Part shown: positions 28,190 through 33,575 of the stretch, one piece after another
Position numbering within the stretch: the stretch's first letter is position 1
How the letters are laid out: the number at the start of each line of letters is the position of its first letter
From: a virus
Taxonomy: Duplodnaviria > Heunggongvirae > Uroviricota > Caudoviricetes
Virus record (IMG/VR): IMGVR_UViG_637000261_000005
Reading direction: 5' to 3' (one strand)
Length of the DNA: 33,575 nucleotides
Translations under genes and position numbers: made by a program
The notes under the pieces: generated by a model
The model's database searches: none
Seen by the model: the letters and a program-made list of their open reading frames with translations, nothing else
What the model was told of the DNA's origin: nothing

Positions 28190-28562
28190 ACTCTCCAGCT
28201 CCTGTATCAGTCAGATAATTTCACGACGCCTTCCAGTTTATCGCCACCATCGACGGTCAGACTCTTACGCAATCCCACCGCGTTGACTGCATGTTCTCGC
28301 CGCCTCAGTGCGATTTTGACGGCCTTACCTTTCACCCCATCAAATCAGAATCCCTCACGTATTTTTCACGCTCAGCGTGAGAAATACGGCCATTCTGTCG
28401 TGTCGCTGCGACATCGTTAAGGGAACGCTATTTACCCCCTGAAACGCGGGCTGTTCCCCCGTCACCTGCGCGCAGAAAAAGCGCGTTTTTTTGTGCACGC
28501 ACGGATCCTTGACGGATCCAGCCGCCACGCGGGCTGGAAGGGCAAAAATTCGTTCAAAAAAA

Positions 28563-28589
28563 TTGTGCAAATTTGTGCACTATTGTGCA
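28563..28589. repeat. Three TTGTGCA motifs at exact 10-bp phasing; a fourth copy at 28491-28497
   Basis: AATTGTGCAAATTTGTGCACTATTGTGCAG, followed by the inverted repeat GGGCGAT-N8-ATCGCCC. This looks like a protein-binding array in the cos-proximal non-coding region. Confidence 0.4.
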
Positions 28590-28628
28590 GCAGGGCGATG
28601 TGCGATTATCGCCCTGGTTTGAGGGGGA

Positions 28629-29219
28629 TCAGGTGTTATTTTTATCTGTCGTCAGTGGGCTAAACCATCCACAATTTACATCGCATGACTGATGCGTTCT
28701 GTCCTCGTGTTTCTCCTGCCACAATGCTTTTCCGCCAGCCTTTATGATGGCTCTTTCAACATCCCGCTCGTATCGCAAGGGCTGAAATACGTCATTAATG
28801 AAATATTCGCTTATGTCCGGAAGCGATACTGCAAAATTATTTGTTTGTTGCGCCGTCCTGCTATGCAGCAAAGCGGCATGCTTTAATGCGTCCTGTGCTT
28901 TCTGGAATTTAAGTGCATAGTCAGTGGCGATTTTTTCCAGTTCAGCGATTCGGTTGTCTTTGGTTTCCAGCCAATCAAGTAGCGCCAATACTTCAGGATC
29001 CCCGACATCCAACACTGTTACGCGTGATTTTTCATAATGTTCGTCAGCAAGAGTTCGGCCAATTTTGAAATCTCCATCATCACCATAACCGGAGCAGGCA
29101 TAAACAACCTGTGCTCCAGATATTCGCTGAATTGACATTTCCTCGCCGCAAATAGGGCATTTCGGTACTGGCACAGGTGAATAACGTTCACGTAATGCCT
29201 GATAGTTGATTTCGCTCAT
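28629..29219 (-). CDS. Hypothetical 196-aa protein with an N-terminal CxxC…C zinc-ribbon-like motif, distal gene of the par operon
   Basis: MSEINYQALRERYSPVPVPKCPICGEEMSIQRISGAQVVYACSGYG… RBS AAGGAGA. No family recognised. Confidence 0.6.
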   Translation of the reverse strand: MSEINYQALRERYSPVPVPKCPICGEEMSIQRISGAQVVYACSGYGDDGDFKIGRTLADEHYEKSRVTVLDVGDPEVLALLDWLETKDNRIAELEKIATDYALKFQKAQDALKHAALLHSRTAQQTNNFAVSLPDISEYFINDVFQPLRYERDVERAIIKAGGKALWQEKHEDRTHQSCDVNCGWFSPLTTDKNNT

Positions 29220-29282
29220 TAAGTCGTTCTCCTTGTTTATGTTCTGAGGTGGAGAGCAGGGCGAACTCGCCCTGATGTTGTG

Positions 29283-29594
29283 TTATTCAGGAAATAACGC
29301 CCGGATATTTCCGGCCATCTGACTGGTTATCTGTGCGGTTGATACTGGCTGTGATGCGGGGCGTTCTGTCCTGGTTTGTGTCACTGATAACGCTTCATCA
29401 CCAGCCCATGCAGCCAGTCGATAAGCCTCTGCCGGATTCATTTTCAGAAGTGCCAGCCCGGCCAGAAAAGCCACGCGTTGGCCGCTTTTGCGGGCTTCTG
29501 GTGTAAGGCTGTCCAGCCAGGCGCATGCTTCTCCTTCGTTCTTGACGGCGGTGGGCTTCAGATAGAAACTTATCCGTCTGGTTGGAGTCGTCAT
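29283..29594 (-). CDS. parR: ParR/StbB-like plasmid partition adaptor (ribbon-helix-helix)
   Basis: MTTPTRRISFYLKPTAVKNEGEACAWLDSLTPEARKSGQRVAFLAGLALL aligns with R100 StbB …RRTIAFKLNPDVNQTDKIVCDTLDSIPQGERSRLNRAALTAGLAL. RBS AGGAGT. It starts 5 bp after the parM stop. Confidence 0.7.
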   Translation of the reverse strand: MTTPTRRISFYLKPTAVKNEGEACAWLDSLTPEARKSGQRVAFLAGLALLKMNPAEAYRLAAWAGDEALSVTQTRTERPASQPVSTAQITSQMAGNIRALFPE

Positions 29595-29598
29595 TGGT

Positions 29599-30204
29599 TT
29601 ACTCCTTGTCCATTGCGTACAGCCCATTAACCAGAGCAAACTGTGGCACCCCGTCCGCGATGAAAGTCGCATTAACTCCGCAGGCTTCGCGGATAGCGGG
29701 TGCCACAATCTCCGCCCCTCCACCGACAACCATCACCCGCCCGTAACCCGAAAAAACCGCCAGCGCGCGGATCACGCGTTGTTTCAGTGTTTCTTCCTTT
29801 TCACGAATTACCGCCATCAGGCTGGCGTAATGCGCGTCATTGTGGATGTGCTGGCGCAGCCAGGCTTCATCATGGCGATGTTCGATAATGGTATTGGCGA
29901 TGTGGTGACTGGTGCGCATACCGTTAGTGGCCATCACCGACAGTACGGCATCGGCCATCAGAGAAACGCCCACGTGTGGATCGCAAAACACCTGGCTGAT
30001 ACCTGCCAGTTGCCCCTGAACCTTTGCCACATCCAGCGTGGTTCCGCCCAAATCCACAATCAGCAGGGATTCAAACGGACTCATGTCAGCCAGTGCCTTA
30101 AAGCCAGCCGGAATGGATTCAGGCATAACCTGTACGTTACGGATAGTGAATGCTTCGCCGTTCTGGTACTCCACCGGGCGCATGACGTTCGCTTTTTTGC
30201 GGTT
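29599..30204 (-). pseudogene. parM: ParM/StbA actin-like partition ATPase, 5'-truncated by IS911 (roughly the C-terminal 200 aa remain)
   Basis: …[72 protein letters not shown]…VMVVGGGAEIV… aligns with R100 StbA …[37 protein letters not shown]…[16 protein letters not shown]…VMVIGGGAELI…. The MLTTS start in the ORF track lies inside the IS911 terminal repeat. Confidence 0.8.
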
Positions 30205-30212
30205 TGAAGTGG

Positions 30213-31381
<1,169 letters not shown>

Positions 31382-31453
31382 TGGAGCACCTGTGTTGTTC
31401 TGAGGTGAGCATATCACCTCTGTTCAGGTGGCCAAATTCAGTGTGCCACTTCA

Positions 31454-31719
31454 AACCGAAGAACACGGCGGTGCGGAGTCCGGAGAGTAACGGAATAGCA
31501 GAGAGCTTCGTGAAAACGATAAAGCGTGACTACATCAGTATCATGCCCAAACCAGACGGGTTAACGGCAGCAAAGAACCTTGCAGAGGCGTTCGAGCATT
31601 ATAACGAATGGCATCCGCATAGTGCGCTGGGTTATCACTCGCCACGGGAATATCTGCGGCAGCGGGCTTGTAATGGGTTAAGTGATAACAGATGTCTGGA
31701 AATATAGGGGCAAATCCAC
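31454..31719 (+). mobile_element. IS2: IS2 3' fragment (about 266 bp, part of insD plus the right inverted repeat), truncated by the IS911 insertion and deletion
   Basis: …[26 protein letters not shown]…LSDNRCLEI* is identical in pattern to the insD C-terminus in the full copy at 1447-1719. It ends GGGGCAAATCCA at 31719. Confidence 0.85.
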
Positions 31720-31917
31720 TGCGGCACAGATCAGCTCGGAAAGTTCGTTAAGTGCATCCAGATCATCAGCGTAAAAAGCCACGTCATACAGACTTCGGAT
31801 TGCTCTGGTCAATGAGTCACGGGCCGCACGTTCAGCATGAGCGCCTGATGCACTTAAGCGAAAATAAAAACGCTCAAGTGCTTTGTTAATGAGAGTTTTA
31901 TATTCTTTGCCCATCAC
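31720..31917 (-). pseudogene. Hypothetical ORF truncated at its 3' end by the IS2 fragment (66 native codons)
   Basis: MMGKEYKTLINKALERFYFRLSASGAHAERAARDSLTRAIRSLYDVAFYADDLDALNELSELICAAV, then reads into the IS2 terminal repeat. It may be a remnant of the P2 early region. Confidence 0.3.
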
Positions 31918-31925
31918 AACGCCCT

Positions 31926-32126
31926 TTAATCTGCTTTCTGTATTTCAGCTTCTGAATCCATACAAATAATTTCGATATAGGGTTCATCGCCATTAACCTG
32001 GCGTGCCTTTTCAGCTTCGCTAATGATTTCTTGTACGGTCTGGTACGGAAGTTCCACAAGCAGTCGCGTGCCGTTCAGATAAACGTAAGTGGCTTCGTCG
32101 GCTCCGTTTTTACCCGCCGGAGTCAC
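31926..32126 (-). pseudogene. Hypothetical ORF whose 5' end abuts or continues into IS629
   Basis: 66 aa from a GTG start exactly at the IS629 boundary; the frame stays open about 10 codons into the IS. Probably a fragment. Confidence 0.25.
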
Positions 32127-32168
32127 TGAACCGCCCCGGGTTTCCTGGAGAGTGTTTTATCTGTGAAC

Positions 32169-33059
32169 TCAGGCTGCCAGATCATCGTTTCCGATGGAAG
32201 CATAATAAGCTTTTTCTGCTTCTGCCGGAGGGATGTGGCCCAGCCTTTCCAGCAATCGTCGATTATTATACCAGTCCACCCACGTGAGTGTGGCCAGTTC
32301 CACTTCTGCACGGTTTTTCCAGCTCTTACGGTGTATTACCTCCGCTTTGTAAAGACCATTGATGCTCTCCGCCATCGCGTTGTCATACGAGTCGCCTGTA
32401 CTTCCTGTTGATGCCAGTAATCCGGCTTCCTTAAGCCGCTGTGTGTAGGCCAGCGATACATACTGAGAACCTTTATCACTGTGATGGACCGTGCCGGACG
32501 GTCGACGGGCCCATAACGCCTGCTCCAGTGCATCCAGCACGAATGTCGTCTCCATGGACGATGAGACCCGCCACCCCACGATGTATCCGGCAAACACATC
32601 AATGATGAACGCCACATAGACGAAGCCCTGCCATGTGCTGACGTAAGTAAAATCAGCCACCCACAGCTGGTCAGGTCGTTCTGCCACGAACTGACGGTTT
32701 ACGCGGTCGCCTGCGGCAACGGCTTTCCGGCTGATGGTCGTACGGACCTTTTTACCCCGGAGAACACCGGCAAGTCCCATAACCGCCATGAGACGTGCCA
32801 CAGTGCATCTGGCCACTCTGATGCCTTCCCGTAACAACTGACGCCAGACTTTACGCACACCGTATACCTGATGATTCCCATCGTATACGCGCAGTATCTC
32901 TTTCTTCAGCCAGTCATCGCGCTGCGCACGGGCACTGCGTTTATCAGGATGATGTCGCTGTTGCTGACAGTGGTAATACGTTGACGGGGCAATATGTAGT
33001 TCACTGCATACCGGTCCGACCCCGTACAGCTTACGCAGCTTATCCAGCAGTGGCATCAC
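32169..33059 (-). CDS. IS629-like OrfB (DDE transposase)
   Basis: …[31 protein letters not shown]…[10 protein letters not shown]…[19 protein letters not shown]… is an IS3-family catalytic core. Confidence 0.8.
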   Translation of the reverse strand: MMPLLDKLRKLYGVGPVCSELHIAPSTYYHCQQQRHHPDKRSARAQRDDWLKKEILRVYDGNHQVYGVRKVWRQLLREGIRVARCTVARLMAVMGLAGVLRGKKVRTTISRKAVAAGDRVNRQFVAERPDQLWVADFTYVSTWQGFVYVAFIIDVFAGYIVGWRVSSSMETTFVLDALEQALWARRPSGTVHHSDKGSQYVSLAYTQRLKEAGLLASTGSTGDSYDNAMAESINGLYKAEVIHRKSWKNRAEVELATLTWVDWYNNRRLLERLGHIPPAEAEKAYYASIGNDDLAA

Positions 33060-33382
33060 TTTTTCCAGAGGCGGTCGAACTCCGCCTTCGCAAAATAAGC
33101 GGAAGCCTGGCGAAGGATATCGTTACTGCGGCGCAGTTCACGATTTTCACGTTCCAGCTCTTTCAGACGCTGACGTTCAGCGGTGGTGAGCCCGCCATCA
33201 CCGCCTCCGGTATCCCGCTCATGCTGGCGTACCCAGACACGCAGAGTCTCCGGTGTACAGCCAATCTTTGGGGCAATGGAACAAATTGCCGCCCACTGTG
33301 AGTCATATTCGCCCTGACTTTCCAGAACCATACGAATCGCCCTCTGACGGACTTCGGGGGAAAAACGAGTATTTTTAGTCAT
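33056..33382 (-). CDS. IS629-like OrfA
   Basis: 108-aa HTH/leucine-zipper transposase subunit; it overlaps orfB in the -1 frame. Confidence 0.8.
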   Translation of the reverse strand: MTKNTRFSPEVRQRAIRMVLESQGEYDSQWAAICSIAPKIGCTPETLRVWVRQHERDTGGGDGGLTTAERQRLKELERENRELRRSNDILRQASAYFAKAEFDRLWKK

Positions 33383-33436
33383 CCTGTTTACCTCTTTCTC
33401 AGGGAGTTTAGTCTCCAGGATTCCCGGGGCGGTTCA

Positions 33437-33575
33437 CATGATGAACGGCGGCAATATTCTGACGCTCCAGAAAATTCTGGGGCACGCAAAGATTCAGACA
33501 ACGATGATTTATGCCCATCTTGCGCCGGATTACCTGCAGGATGCGGTGAGGTTTAATCCACTAGGAGGTGCTTAA
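33437..33575 (+). pseudogene. int: 3' fragment of a phage tyrosine integrase, truncated upstream by IS629
   Basis: …GGNILTLQKILGHAKIQTTMIYAHLAPDYLQDAVRFNPLGGA* is the conserved C-terminal catalytic tail (…LGH..I.TTM.YAHL…) of P2-type integrases. Its reading frame starts abruptly at the IS629 end. Confidence 0.7.

Larger units (their letters stand above)
32127..33436 (-). mobile_element. IS629: IS629-like element (IS3 family), 1310 bp
   Basis: Terminal repeats TGAACCGCCCCGGG… at both ends (32127 and 33436). OrfA is [60 protein letters not shown]… OrfB has a DDE motif. The length equals the 1310 bp known for IS629. Confidence 0.75.

Noticed and set aside
28139-28628. Exact P2 19-nt cos sequence
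   Set aside because: Only a partial resemblance (CTCGCCGCCTC near 28300) was seen, which is not enough to call cos.

Overview
This window is a degraded, IS-riddled P2-like (Peduovirus-type) myovirus prophage, probably in an Escherichia/Shigella chromosome, running from its ogr end at the left to the 3' tip of its integrase at the right.

Recognisable P2 late genes are present. D (tail, minus) is at 5419-6528. FI, FII, E/E', T and U (plus) span 6686-12269. A minus-strand block spans 14238-25219: H, G, I, J, W, V, S-like, R, Rz/Rz1, an M15 endolysin, a holin, X, L, M, N and O. Terminase P and portal Q (plus) are at 25341-28138.

Three accessory insertions sit in the prophage:
- An AT-rich island (about 1916-5418) between D and ogr encodes a single 1039-aa protein with an N-terminal multi-pass membrane domain and no recognisable family. 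This is the most interesting candidate for a novel defence or abortive-infection gene.
- A Gin/Pin-family invertase (12298-12897) lies next to a 2.7-kb invertible tail-fibre segment. The segment is bounded by two gix-like 26-bp sites (12952-12977 and 15631-15656) and carries an alternative fibre C-terminus and a second tail-fibre-assembly gene.
- A plasmid-type parMR (stbAB-like) remnant plus a 196-aa zinc-ribbon protein lie between cos and the lost early region.

The element is clearly defective:
- D has an in-frame TAA.
- FII has two frame breaks.
- G and N each have a homopolymer frame break.
- The FI-U block is inverted relative to the P2 order.
- The Ogr-like activator is truncated by a full IS2.
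- The replication and immunity region (A, B, cox, C, most of int) is missing. It is replaced by IS911 nested in an IS2 fragment and by an IS629 copy that truncates int.

A Hok-family toxin gene sits at the left edge. I found no tRNA, rRNA or CRISPR array.
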